A DNA stretch of 36,622 nucleotides. It comes from a virus (Duplodnaviria > Caudoviricetes). The notes beneath the pieces are model-generated. The model was given only the letters and a program-made list of their open reading frames with translations, was not told where the DNA came from and searched no databases. The stretch is from positions 1-36,622 of the IMG/VR virus record IMGVR_UViG_3300025015_000075; one strand, written 5' to 3'. The position numbers and the translations under genes are program-made. Each line of letters begins with the position of its first letter. Within the stretch, counting starts at the first letter, position 1. Shown here one piece after another: positions 1 to 7,809 of this stretch.

Positions 1-1545
1 GCCGATGTCGTGAGAAAGCTTGGAAGCGGTGATGTAAACACGGCTGTTGGCGTCAGCTCGCATGCCACGCACATGCTCATTGCCTGTAAGAGTGGCGTAG
101 TAGTAAGTCTCCGCGCCCTTGGGAGAGTCGCGGTCCCAGTACCGGATGGCGTGCCACTGGTCTTCTTTGCACTTGATAATGAAGTCGTCCATCTGTGACA
201 GGGGCCAGTCGAAGGGTAGATGGGCTTGCTCTGCGCCGATGACGTTGGCAGTACCCGTGCCCTGAGCTGCTTCGGTGTAGTTCTCGCCTAGGAGCCAGCG
301 TGAAGGCTTTGCCTTCTCGAACGCTTCCTTGGCCTCGTCGTAGACCTTCATCAGGAGTTCGCTGGCTTGTACGGGCCACTGGTAGAGCTTGCCCTGAGTG
401 ACTGTAATTTCGCCTGAGTCTACTTCCGGCGTCTTCATCACAGGCGACTGCCAGAACTCGTCGGGTATGCGTGGGATTGCCTCACTGGGGATCGTGCTGG
501 CGTCAAGATACACACGCTCAGTAGAGGAGTCGCGGTTGGCCAGCGTGTGCAGCGTGGCGCGGCACCAGTTCATCACCGTCGCTTCCACGTAGAGGCGGAA
601 GAGCAAAGGACGGTAGTAGAAGTGGGGGTCGTCCTTGTCCAGGTCGTTCGTGCGGCCAGCAATGAGACGCATCGTGCCTGCATGACGATATGGGAGCGTG
701 TATTCCTGGACAATGAGCCCTGTGCTGGGGTCAGCGTTAGAAGCGTTACGGATGATCTCTATGCCACTCCACATAGGGTGATGATCCGGGCAGATAGGGC
801 ATAGGTTGTCGAAGTCGCGGTATTCGCACAGGGTGACACGTATCTTGTGACCTAATTGAGACGAAGTATCAGCGGCAATGTCCTCTGCCAGCCATCCTAA
901 TTTGCCATCATTCTGCACTGTAGGGTAGTAAGTCTCGTCCTTGGATTTGCCAATCTTGAGCCCGTCCGTGGCATAGTCCTCACGAGCCGACAGGTACGGG
1001 ACTTCGTAGTCGTAGAGAATGGCCTGAACCTGGTTAGAACGTGTGATTGTGCCACAGGCGAGGTCAGCCATGGACTCGAAGTACCAGGGATGTGGGCGCT
1101 GTTGGTACTCCTTCTTACGCTTGTCTAGGTCATCGGTGTCCGGCTCTGATTGGTCGTGGCAGAGCATGCGTAGCCACTTAAGACCGTAGCGAGCAGCGCC
1201 GGCAGCATAGGCACGGTCGAGCCAGCGGCCCTGGTTCTCGATGTCCCAGGTGCGTGCTGCCCAGAGCACAGCGTCCTTCACGTCCTGGAGTACGTCAGTG
1301 TCTACGTCTAGAGGTGCGCCACCGAAGCGCGTGGGCGACATCGTGAGGATGTCGATAACGTCGTGTTCGCTGTCCTCAAGGTCGGCAGTGCGGAAGTCGT
1401 CTACCTCTGCGCCTAGCTTGAGATTGATAAAGGGCTTGGACTTACGATGGACGAGGTTGTCTAGCTTGCGACGCTCACTGACCGCTGTTGACCAGAGGGA
1501 CTGGACTTCACGGAGCCAGGTGTCTACTTGTGTGGGCTTAACCAT
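1..1545 (-). CDS. Probable portal protein (3' end off window)
   Basis: Manually translated stop-free frame from ATG at 1545 (MVKPTQVDTWLREVQSLWST...) to position 1, 515 codons; directly downstream of TerL; absent from the ORF track because no stop lies in the window. Function inferred from position and size. Confidence 0.7.
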   Translation of the reverse strand, partial: MVKPTQVDTWLREVQSLWSTAVSERRKLDNLVHRKSKPFINLKLGAEVDDFRTADLEDSEHDVIDILTMSPTRFGGAPLDVDTDVLQDVKDAVLWAARTWDIENQGRWLDRAYAAGAARYGLKWLRMLCHDQSEPDTDDLDKRKKEYQQRPHPWYFESMADLACGTITRSNQVQAILYDYEVPYLSAREDYATDGLKIGKSKDETYYPTVQNDGKLGWLAEDIAADTSSQLGHKIRVTLCEYRDFDNLCPICPDHHPMWSGIEIIRNASNADPSTGLIVQEYTLPYRHAGTMRLIAGRTNDLDKDDPHFYYRPLLFRLYVEATVMNWCRATLHTLANRDSSTERVYLDASTIPSEAIPRIPDEFWQSPVMKTPEVDSGEITVTQGKLYQWPVQASELLMKVYDEAKEAFEKAKPSRWLLGENYTEAAQGTGTANVIGAEQAHLPFDWPLSQMDDFIIKCKEDQWHAIRYWDRDSPKGAETYYYATLTGNEHVRGMRADANSRVYITASKLSHDIG

Positions 1546-1659
1546 TTACTCACCCACTGAATGGCGCGCTGCATAAAGCTGAGCTGTTTCTTTGGCTGGA
1601 CAAGCAGGAAGTCTGTTACATAAGTGGTTGACGAGGCAGTCGTAGTCGTGTTCAACCAT
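1546..1659 (-). CDS. Small hypothetical protein between TerL and portal (37 aa; alternative frame 1524-1664, 46 aa)
   Basis: GAGGTG RBS after the TerL stop; the MVEHDYDCLV...VGE* stop abuts the portal ATG; frame choice ambiguous. Confidence 0.35.
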   Translation of the reverse strand: MVEHDYDCLVNHLCNRLPACPAKETAQLYAARHSVGE

Positions 1660-1674
1660 GGCATAGTCTTCACC

Positions 1675-2991
1675 TCAGATGCTAGTGTACAGCCCTTGCA
1701 CAAAAGAGCGTTGGGAGTTTGCTAGCTTCGCCCGTGTGGGCATTGTGCGCTGGCGCGTGACTTCCATTAGCTCCTCAACAGCGTACTCCATGGCGGCTAC
1801 ACGGTCTTCGGCGATACGCACGGGCTGAAGCTCCTCAATCGTGGCAGACTCGCGCTTCTCCCAGTGGTAGAGATTAAGCTCTGTCCACAGGTCCTCTATG
1901 CCTTCAGCGTCTTTGGCCAGGACAAGCGTGGAAGGGGTTGAGTTGAACAGAGTGTCTACCTGATCGATGCGCTGTTTACGCGTGCCAGGGCCACGCTTGG
2001 CTACTTTGCCACCGTGATCGTGTGCGAGACGCGACTGGTTGGGGTCGGTACGGATGCGCGTAATCTTGAAACGCTGCTTCATGCCACGAATGATTGAATC
2101 CAACTCAGTGTTGTCACGAGTTGTGCGGCATTCGCGTACCCACCAGCGACCCGTGGGGCCAATCTGTATAGCCACGACCGCGTTAGGGTGAACGTCGCCA
2201 TAGTCTACGCCAATAGCGCCCAGGCCCCACTCGTGAGGGAGCACGTTACAGGGGACGATGTGCTTGTCGCGTTCGAGTGTGTAGATGGCATTCTCCATTC
2301 CTACCCATTCGCCCTTACGGAAGCGCTGGTAGTTGGTGCCTTTAAGACGTTCTAGCTTTCTGAGATAGTCTACGCCTTCTTCAGTGGGAGTACCGTCATC
2401 ATTAAAGAAGAAGGGGTTGTCCTCCAGGAATGTGCATATCCGGCGAGTTAGCCCTTCAACACAACGCAAGTTTAGCCAGTGGCGGTCGAACACGGGGTTA
2501 CAGTCGCCCCAGAGTTGCTTCTTCTTGATTGGCCCATAGCGTAGACGCGTTGTGAGCTTCTCCCAGTCGTCTAGTGTGCCCTCAGTAGCTTCGTTGAAGT
2601 AGGCCCAACTGTACTGAGAGGAGAGTATCTTGTCGGGGTCGTCCATGCCTCCAACAATGATGGATGAACCATTGGGATAGCGGTAACTAGCAGGCTCTGA
2701 CTTGGAGCCACCAAAGAACTTCACACCATCGGCAGGGTGCAGGACTTCGCGGTTGAACGTGTCGAGACAAGTTGATGTAAGGTTGACCTGGTACTTGCGC
2801 ACTATGAGTCCCTTTGTGCCTGGGTACTGGAGATTGATTAAGTGAGCTGTCGTAAGGATAGTAAACGTCTTGCCGGTTCCTGATCCGCCTTCTAATAGCA
2901 CTTCATCATCTAGTGCCTCAGTGAACTCAGCATTACCACCCCTAAACTTGAGGGAGAGTCTGACTTCTTTAGGCGCTGTTTGTGTAGTCAA
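1675..2991 (-). CDS. terL: Terminase large subunit (PBSX/SPP1-like)
   Basis: Walker A EGGSGTGKT, Walker B-like AYFNEATE, coupling motif DCNP, RFRKGEW, nuclease GVDYG and C-terminal EDRVAAMEY. Confidence 0.93.
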   Translation of the reverse strand: MTTQTAPKEVRLSLKFRGGNAEFTEALDDEVLLEGGSGTGKTFTILTTAHLINLQYPGTKGLIVRKYQVNLTSTCLDTFNREVLHPADGVKFFGGSKSEPASYRYPNGSSIIVGGMDDPDKILSSQYSWAYFNEATEGTLDDWEKLTTRLRYGPIKKKQLWGDCNPVFDRHWLNLRCVEGLTRRICTFLEDNPFFFNDDGTPTEEGVDYLRKLERLKGTNYQRFRKGEWVGMENAIYTLERDKHIVPCNVLPHEWGLGAIGVDYGDVHPNAVVAIQIGPTGRWWVRECRTTRDNTELDSIIRGMKQRFKITRIRTDPNQSRLAHDHGGKVAKRGPGTRKQRIDQVDTLFNSTPSTLVLAKDAEGIEDLWTELNLYHWEKRESATIEELQPVRIAEDRVAAMEYAVEELMEVTRQRTMPTRAKLANSQRSFVQGLYTSI

Positions 2992-3175
2992 TTGATTCTA
3001 TTATGAGGCCTGCGTGATCCCCATCTGTTAAGGGGTCGCTCCACGTCTCGTTAAATGGCAGGGGTTCGTCCTTCCAAATGCCTTCCAATAATTTAGCAAA
3101 CCGGGGTTCGTCCTTTATCTCTTCGACGTGCTCACAGGGAAAGTACGCGCCACAGACTATGCAGAGTTCATTCAT
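2969..3175 (-). CDS. Hypothetical protein with CxxC...CxH motif
   Basis: ORF coupled by ATGA overlap; internal KDEP repeat (ggggttcgtcctt at 3061 and 3103). Confidence 0.55.
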   Translation of the reverse strand: MNELCIVCGAYFPCEHVEEIKDEPRFAKLLEGIWKDEPLPFNETWSDPLTDGDHAGLIIESIDYTNSA

Positions 3176-3423
3176 TGGTGGCGCTCCTTAAACCATGCCT
3201 CATCCTGCCAGATGTCTTCTAGCAACTCTGCGTCTACTTGGCTGATATAGCGCTCATCTCCCGCCCAACAAATCATGCAAACATGCGCCCAGCCATCAGG
3301 TCTCCACCACATGTGCTCAGGGCAGCAGTCACAACATTCGTAAGTCGCATGGGTAATCTCTAGGGGATATGAAGCTGCACTCCACATCTCCATACCTTCG
3401 ACTAATGTAGAGGATGTAATCAT
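3172..3423 (-). CDS. Hypothetical Cys-rich protein
   Basis: Start reassigned to ATG 3423 (ATGA overlap with upstream stop); CCDCC...CMIC. Confidence 0.55.
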   Translation of the reverse strand: MITSSTLVEGMEMWSAASYPLEITHATYECCDCCPEHMWWRPDGWAHVCMICWAGDERYISQVDAELLEDIWQDEAWFKERHQ

Positions 3424-3623
3424 TGAGGCATACTCTCTGTACTCAGGATGGCGCTTGTGCATACTACAGTTGATAATTCTTCAACTGTAGAACGGCTTTC
3501 GTGACAAACAACACACCATGCAGCTTTGCTATCTGCAATAATGCAGATGTGGTTGCTAGTCCATATTTCTTCATGGTCTATAGATACAGGAACGCCAAAG
3601 ACTGTGCTAATTAGTTCATTCAT
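3420..3623 (-). CDS. Hypothetical protein
   Basis: Start reassigned to ATG 3623 (MNELIST..., ATGA overlap); ends ESMPQ. Confidence 0.55.
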   Translation of the reverse strand: MNELISTVFGVPVSIDHEEIWTSNHICIIADSKAAWCVVCHESRSTVEELSTVVCTSAILSTESMPQ

Positions 3624-3637
3624 TGAGGCATACTCTC
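3420..3637. repeat. 18-bp direct repeat tcattgaggcatactctc (3420-3437, 3620-3637)
   Basis: Exact copies 200 bp apart bracketing one gene; a second repeat agttcattcattg lies at 3165-3177 and 3613-3625. Confidence 0.95.
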
Positions 3638-3808
3638 CTGCATAACTGCGCCAAAGAGCCACAGGATGTCGTTGCCATATTCAGCTATGATGATGTCCTT
3701 CTGCTTGATAAGATAGGCGAGTTCTTTATATGCGAGCCTGTCTGCCGGGTTGCGCTCCAAAGCGGCGTTTGTGTAGGCAACGCGCTCCCACCAAAAAGAG
3801 AGGTTCAA
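3620..3808 (-). CDS. Hypothetical protein
   Basis: TTG start overlapping upstream stop; also ends ESMPQ. Confidence 0.5.
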   Translation of the reverse strand: MNLSFWWERVAYTNAALERNPADRLAYKELAYLIKQKDIIIAEYGNDILWLFGAVMQESMPQ

Positions 3809-3957
3809 TGGTTGCTATTTCCTGTGGCAACATGCGCGGTGTAGCGTAGGTGCCCACATTGACGGCAGACGACCTGGACTGACCTGCCAACTGGCAGATA
3901 GATTGGCCACGAAGGTGGACAGCCGAACAATCTGTGCCAGATACGCTGGAAAATCAT
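3805..3957 (-). CDS. Small Zn-ribbon-like protein (50 aa)
   Basis: Manual translation MIFQRIWHRLFGCPP...VCRQCGHL; GAGGTG RBS. Confidence 0.55.
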   Translation of the reverse strand: MIFQRIWHRLFGCPPSWPIYLPVGRSVQVVCRQCGHLRYTAHVATGNSNH

Positions 3958-3967
3958 TGAGACACCT

Positions 3968-4048
3968 CTACAAGGCGTACATTACCACGACCGCGCAGAT
4001 TCCGCACACAAAACCCACGAGGAAGCCGAGAACCCAGGTGCTACTCAT
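3968..4048 (-). CDS. Single-TM micropeptide (26 aa)
   Basis: MSSTWVLGFLVGFVCGICAVVVMYAL; start overlaps upstream stop region. Confidence 0.5.
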   Translation of the reverse strand: MSSTWVLGFLVGFVCGICAVVVMYAL

Positions 4049-4394
4049 GCCTGGTCCGTCGCCTTATGAAGTCCTGCCAGTTATGGACTTTGCGCAGGTC
4101 TAGAACGGAAGCCACTATCGTATCTGGCGTAACTGGAGGGCGCAGCTCAGGGATACGCTTCATCAACCCATGCGGCACAACCCACACGACCGGGGAGTCG
4201 TCGTCGCTCGGTGTCCAGATTGACTGCCAGATGACATCCTCTTCGTCGTTTAGCCATACGCGAAGGGTGCCAGTATTTTGCAGGGTTAGTGTGCCACAGA
4301 GACAACGCACAGATTCGCGGTCTTGAGGCTCGTAGGCGAATTTGTGCCGCCATTCAGTAATTTGGCCCTCAGTGTCGTATGCGTAAGTACACAT
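4041..4394 (-). CDS. Hypothetical protein
   Basis: 117-aa ORF with GAGGAG RBS. Confidence 0.65.
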   Translation of the reverse strand: MCTYAYDTEGQITEWRHKFAYEPQDRESVRCLCGTLTLQNTGTLRVWLNDEEDVIWQSIWTPSDDDSPVVWVVPHGLMKRIPELRPPVTPDTIVASVLDLRKVHNWQDFIRRRTRHE

Positions 4395-4404
4395 CGCCCT
4401 CTCC

Positions 4405-4482
4405 TCAGCGCGCCCACATAATCACTAGCGCGAATATAACACTCAGAGCGAAGACCGTCCACTCAACCCGTGTCCACTTCAC
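4405..4482 (-). CDS. Single-TM micropeptide (25 aa)
   Basis: MKWTRVEWTVFALSVIFALVIMWAR; GTGA coupling to upstream stop. Confidence 0.5.
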   Translation of the reverse strand: MKWTRVEWTVFALSVIFALVIMWAR

Positions 4483-4643
4483 TTCGCGCCGTACCAGTGT
4501 TTACGCCACTTGAGCCGCGAATCTGGCGCAGGGAGCTGCCCCTCCAGGTAAGCTGAGCGCTCGGCCAAACAGGCGCAGATTAGCACCCCGCACGACGGGC
4601 AAGGACGTAACTCGGAGCCGCAGACTTCACAAGTGAATACCAT
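4479..4643 (-). CDS. Small Zn-finger protein (54 aa)
   Basis: MVFTCEVCGSELRPCPSCGVLICAC...; GGAGG RBS. Confidence 0.55.
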   Translation of the reverse strand: MVFTCEVCGSELRPCPSCGVLICACLAERSAYLEGQLPAPDSRLKWRKHWYGAK

Positions 4644-4689
4644 TATGTCAACTAACCTCCAGGATTTTGAGTGGGAAAGTACCAGAAGT

Positions 4690-4906
4690 ACGAGTTATAT
4701 ATATATATACTATATACCTAAGAGAGAGGGTGGCTAACGTTTATAGTTAGCATGGTGGGACTGCGCCGCTGGGCGCGCGCTACAGTGTATAGATAGAATC
4801 TATAGCTTAACGTGATAGGCATAGACGACAATATCGCCACATTCTGAAAACGACGTCGTGTAGTACTACACACAAGGACCCTATGTAGTAGTTAACGTGT
4901 TAACTA
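4690..4906. other. AT-rich, palindrome-dense non-coding region (candidate pac/terminus or origin)
   Basis: (TA)n tract ~4697-4716; palindrome gtgtagtactacac 4858-4871; inverted repeat tagttaac-gt-gttaacta 4889-4906; immediately downstream of terS. Confidence 0.5.
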
Positions 4907-5425
4907 TCGCTCTATGTGTACGTTGATCTCGCGGATTAGTACGACGTTTCCGGGTGCGGTGTCGCCTGCGCGCGGCAGCTGCCCGAGCTCTTCAGCGAGC
5001 GCGTGATGATATTGGCGCGCTTCTGCTAGAAGGTCTTTGTCGATGCGTTCAATCTCGGCTAGCAGGTTGCCATCCTTGTCGTAACGTCTCTCGACCTGGG
5101 TCACGCCTTCGTGGATGCGTGAGTCCAATTCACGCGTAGCGTAGTCCATAGAGGCGAGTCGATTCCCCTTGTTACCGAATCCGTAGCGCGTGATGTCGTC
5201 TAACTGTTGGGCCTTAATTGAATCTACGCGCGCCTTGAAAATAGGATTCGCCTTCTGCAGCTGGACCCAGTCCCTCGAACGCGAGCACTGCCGAGCGACC
5301 TCGGCGTCATAGTGCCCGGCGAGCAGAAGCTCTAAACACTGTATGCGCCGTTTGGTCCAATAACGTGCTAACTGTTGTGGAACAGGTGAGGTCGATTCAT
5401 GCGTCTCGGGCAGCAATGCAACCAT
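4904..5425 (-). CDS. terS: Terminase small subunit
   Basis: N-terminal HTH (DAEVARQCSRSRDWV...NPIFKARV), helical middle, ALAEELGQL and C-terminal beta-strand; first gene of the late operon leading to terL. Confidence 0.75.
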   Translation of the reverse strand: MVALLPETHESTSPVPQQLARYWTKRRIQCLELLLAGHYDAEVARQCSRSRDWVQLQKANPIFKARVDSIKAQQLDDITRYGFGNKGNRLASMDYATRELDSRIHEGVTQVERRYDKDGNLLAEIERIDKDLLAEARQYHHALAEELGQLPRAGDTAPGNVVLIREINVHIER

Positions 5426-5431
5426 GGTTTA

Positions 5432-5480
5432 AGGCTAAACGATCACGTACTGTGCACACAAGTGCGCAGATTTGCACAGA
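5432..5480 (-). promoter_or_regulatory. Putative late promoter for terS: three 10-bp-phased TGCRCASA repeats plus -10 TAGCCT, leaderless start
   Basis: tgcacaca/tgcgcaga/tgcacaga at 5453, 5463, 5473; minus-strand TAGCCT 6 nt before the ATG; no SD. Confidence 0.45.
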
Positions 5481-5499
5481 ATTATCCTTACATCGGGAC

Positions 5500-5527
5500 T
5501 TGACAGTATAGCTATAAGGGTTATAGT
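5500..5527 (+). promoter_or_regulatory. Early sigma70-type promoter P1
   Basis: TTGACA(5500-5505)-16 nt-TATAGT(5522-5527); palindrome TATAGCTATA in spacer. Confidence 0.8.
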
Positions 5528-5569
5528 ACGAGTACTGGACGGTTAGTTAGCAGCAAGGGAGTAAGCACA

Positions 5570-5788
5570 GTGGAGATCAACGGAACCTACTTCAGCAACG
5601 CGGATCAGGCAGAGCTAGCCAACCTTTACCATCTGGCGCGCACTGCGCTGGCTGGACTCGACCACGTTCCCACGCGGCACGAACGTCTCATCTGGGCTTC
5701 AGACGCATTCAGTAAAGCCAATGGCGGCGCTGAAGCCGGATACCCTTCGATTCGCTGCTATAAAGCAATCACGCGCGTTCTGGCCTAG
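5570..5788 (+). CDS. Early hypothetical protein
   Basis: AAGGGAG RBS; first gene after P1. Confidence 0.75.
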   Translation: MEINGTYFSNADQAELANLYHLARTALAGLDHVPTRHERLIWASDAFSKANGGAEAGYPSIRCYKAITRVLA

Positions 5789-5833
5789 GCACGCTCAACT
5801 ACTGGACGGTTGATTAAGGCAAAGGAGTAGGGA

Positions 5834-6040
5834 ATGGCTTTTGCAACTGGTGACTATGACAGCTTCACGGAAACGCGCTTCAAGGGCTTAGGTGTCGCCA
5901 AATGGGGCAATGCTCATTGGTTCTTCGTTGACTGCATGAACAGGGAGGACGTAGCGAAGATTGGCCCGTCCTACCGAACTAAGACTGAAGCCCTAGCCGA
6001 TGCCCATCGATTCGCCGGCGAACGCGGATACCGCGCCTAG
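5834..6040 (+). CDS. Early hypothetical protein
   Basis: AAAGGAG RBS; IGPSYRTKTEALADA motif. Confidence 0.8.
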   Translation: MAFATGDYDSFTETRFKGLGVAKWGNAHWFFVDCMNREDVAKIGPSYRTKTEALADAHRFAGERGYRA

Positions 6041-6116
6041 CGCATTCTGGCTAGCTCTACTCTAGGGCTGGCATGAGCGCACTAGCTCAAGATTAAGCAG
6101 GCAAGGAGTTAAGGCA

Positions 6117-6314
6117 ATGGCTGATTTCAGCGTCAATGATCAGGGAAGCATCGTACTAATCGAGCCAGTCTCGCAGGCTGCGGTTGACTGGGTCGAGGAG
6201 TTCATCGGCCAGGACAACGGCTTCCAACCCTACTGGCCTACGGTGGTAATCGAGCACCGATACGCGGACGACGTGATCGAAGGAATGATTAGCGACGGGC
6301 TAGAGCCCGCTTAG
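6117..6314 (+). CDS. Early acidic hypothetical protein
   Basis: AAGGAG RBS; GSIVLIEP...VIEHRYADDVIEGM. Confidence 0.8.
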   Translation: MADFSVNDQGSIVLIEPVSQAAVDWVEEFIGQDNGFQPYWPTVVIEHRYADDVIEGMISDGLEPA

Positions 6315-6367
6315 CATCCCCATGAGCTGCTAAAGGTTGGCAGTCAAGCTTGAAGGGAGTAGGCACC

Positions 6368-6943
6368 ATGGTTATTGACTACGCGAGAGAGCAGGCACAG
6401 GCGCAGCTTGAAAGCATCAAGGAGATGCTAGCCAGGCTGGAACATGCGCAGGAGTGCGACGGCGACGACGTTGACACTTGTGAGCTACTGAACGAGACAG
6501 ACTGCCCGTTTGGGCAGCCCAAACTCAAGTGTCCAGAACAGGATGCCGGGTGTTACGAGGAACTGAAGGAAGCAATCGAGGCAGGCGAGACACCTTGCGA
6601 TGTATGTGGGATGCCTGCCTCATGGCATGAAAGCGAACAGGATGAGTTTGACGACTACCACGATGAGGACGCAGCCAAGCAGGCCATCAATGAGGACCCG
6701 CTAAGCGTAGAAGTACGCTCAAGCTGGCAGTCCCAGGGCGAAGAGCTGGAGCCTGCCGAGTACATGATCCTCCTCTGCACTGGCGGGCCAGCAGCCCGCA
6801 TCATCGGCGACCTGAACCAGCATGGCGGCGCAGGTAGCGCACGGCTTGAGTATCAGGACTGGGGAACGCCCTGGACTGAGTACTTCGAGGATGGCGCTGG
6901 CTCCACGCTACTTGACTACGCGAATTATTTCCTGAGGCTCTAG
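6368..6943 (+). CDS. Acidic phage protein (LCTGGPAARI...YQDWGTPW type) with Cys-rich segment
   Basis: AAGGGAG RBS before ATG 6368; very acidic. Confidence 0.8.
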   Translation: MVIDYAREQAQAQLESIKEMLARLEHAQECDGDDVDTCELLNETDCPFGQPKLKCPEQDAGCYEELKEAIEAGETPCDVCGMPASWHESEQDEFDDYHDEDAAKQAINEDPLSVEVRSSWQSQGEELEPAEYMILLCTGGPAARIIGDLNQHGGAGSARLEYQDWGTPWTEYFEDGAGSTLLDYANYFLRL

Positions 6944-7024
6944 TTCACGCCGGCTGCCTGCCTCGCAGGGATACGGGCAGCCGGAGCGCCCTAAAGCTCA
7001 CGTGATTAGCAAGGAGTAAACACA

Positions 7025-7504
7025 ATGGCAATCCTAATGCACGGCCATCACGCAGGCAGTCTGTTTACGGTTGGCCGCGAGCTCGGCGAGAGAGTAGAGC
7101 AGATTAAGCGAGAGAAGCCTGTAGCGGAACAGGCGCTAAGGCTGGCCCTCATCCAAGACGTGACGGCCCTACTGCCACAGACCAAGGCGAGGGCCGCGCA
7201 CGACGAGGCGTTGGCCGCGCTCGACAAGGCGTGGGCCGCGCTCGACAAGGCGAGGGCCGCGCTCGACAAGGCGAGGGCCGCGCTCGACAAGGCGTGGGCC
7301 GCGCTCGACAAGGCGAGGGCCGCGTACGACAAGGCGAGGACCGCGTTCGACGAGGCGTTGGCCGCGCACGACGAGGCGTGGACCGCGTACGTCGTGAGCT
7401 TCGATACCGAGGCGTTCCACCGCGAGCACTGTCACCCTAACTGCCCGTGGGACGGTAAGACGATATTCGCTAAGGGCACAAGCATCGAAGTGCTGGAAGG
7501 ATAG
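7025..7504 (+). CDS. Heptad-repeat (A-R/W/L-A-A-L-D-K) coiled-coil protein
   Basis: AAGGAG RBS; 10 tandem 7-aa units; C-terminal HREHCHPNCPWDGKTIF. Confidence 0.85.
   Translation: MAILMHGHHAGSLFTVGRELGERVEQIKREKPVAEQALRLALIQDVTALLPQTKARAAHDEALAALDKAWAALDKARAALDKARAALDKAWAALDKARAAYDKARTAFDEALAAHDEAWTAYVVSFDTEAFHREHCHPNCPWDGKTIFAKGTSIEVLEG
7187..7396 (+). repeat. 10 x 21-bp coding tandem repeat
   Basis: Consensus gcg agg gcc gcg ctc gac aag with substitutions at fixed codons. Confidence 0.95.
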
Positions 7505-7511
7505 GAATCAG

Positions 7512-7742
7512 ATGACATCGCACGTTTACCACGAGGACATACACGACACTGGCTTAGCAGATGGCTGCGCCAGATGCGAGGAGCTGGCAGATTACCCGTT
7601 CACCTTGCTCGATGACCGCATGCTTGGCGCACTCATTGACCGCTGTGAGCAAGGGCTGGATGCGCGCTCGAACAATGAGCGTCACGCCATGCTCATAGTC
7701 GAGAACGCCATGCTTCGGTTGCGTCAACTGAGCTGCGCGTAA
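7512..7742 (+). CDS. Hypothetical protein
   Basis: AGGA RBS; CxxC motif. Confidence 0.7.
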   Translation: MTSHVYHEDIHDTGLADGCARCEELADYPFTLLDDRMLGALIDRCEQGLDARSNNERHAMLIVENAMLRLRQLSCA

Positions 7743-7808
7743 ATGGAGCTCGCACTCGTAGCTATCGCCTGGTGCGTGTTCGCTTGGTTGATATTGAAAG
7801 GAAGATGA
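7743..7808 (+). CDS. Single-TM micropeptide (21 aa)
   Basis: MELALVAIAWCVFAWLILKGR fills the gap between neighbours. Confidence 0.5.
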   Translation: MELALVAIAWCVFAWLILKGR

Positions 7809-7809
7809 G

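Noticed and set aside
10-1576. Short ORF-track ORFs over 1-1576
   Set aside because: Shadows of the continuous minus-strand frame 1545-1.
4850-4895. NrdR boxes (tgtagt motifs)
   Set aside because: Only half-site matches, spacing about 25 bp, and no nrd gene nearby.
7187-7396. CRISPR array or DGR variable region
   Set aside because: Repeats are contiguous with no spacers and in frame; no reverse transcriptase or template repeat in the window.
7048-7440. Antisense and alternate-frame repeat ORFs (LVERGPR, SSAALAL, GRARQGE)
   Set aside because: By-products of a stop-free 21-bp repeat; only the 7025 frame has an RBS and non-repeat flanks.
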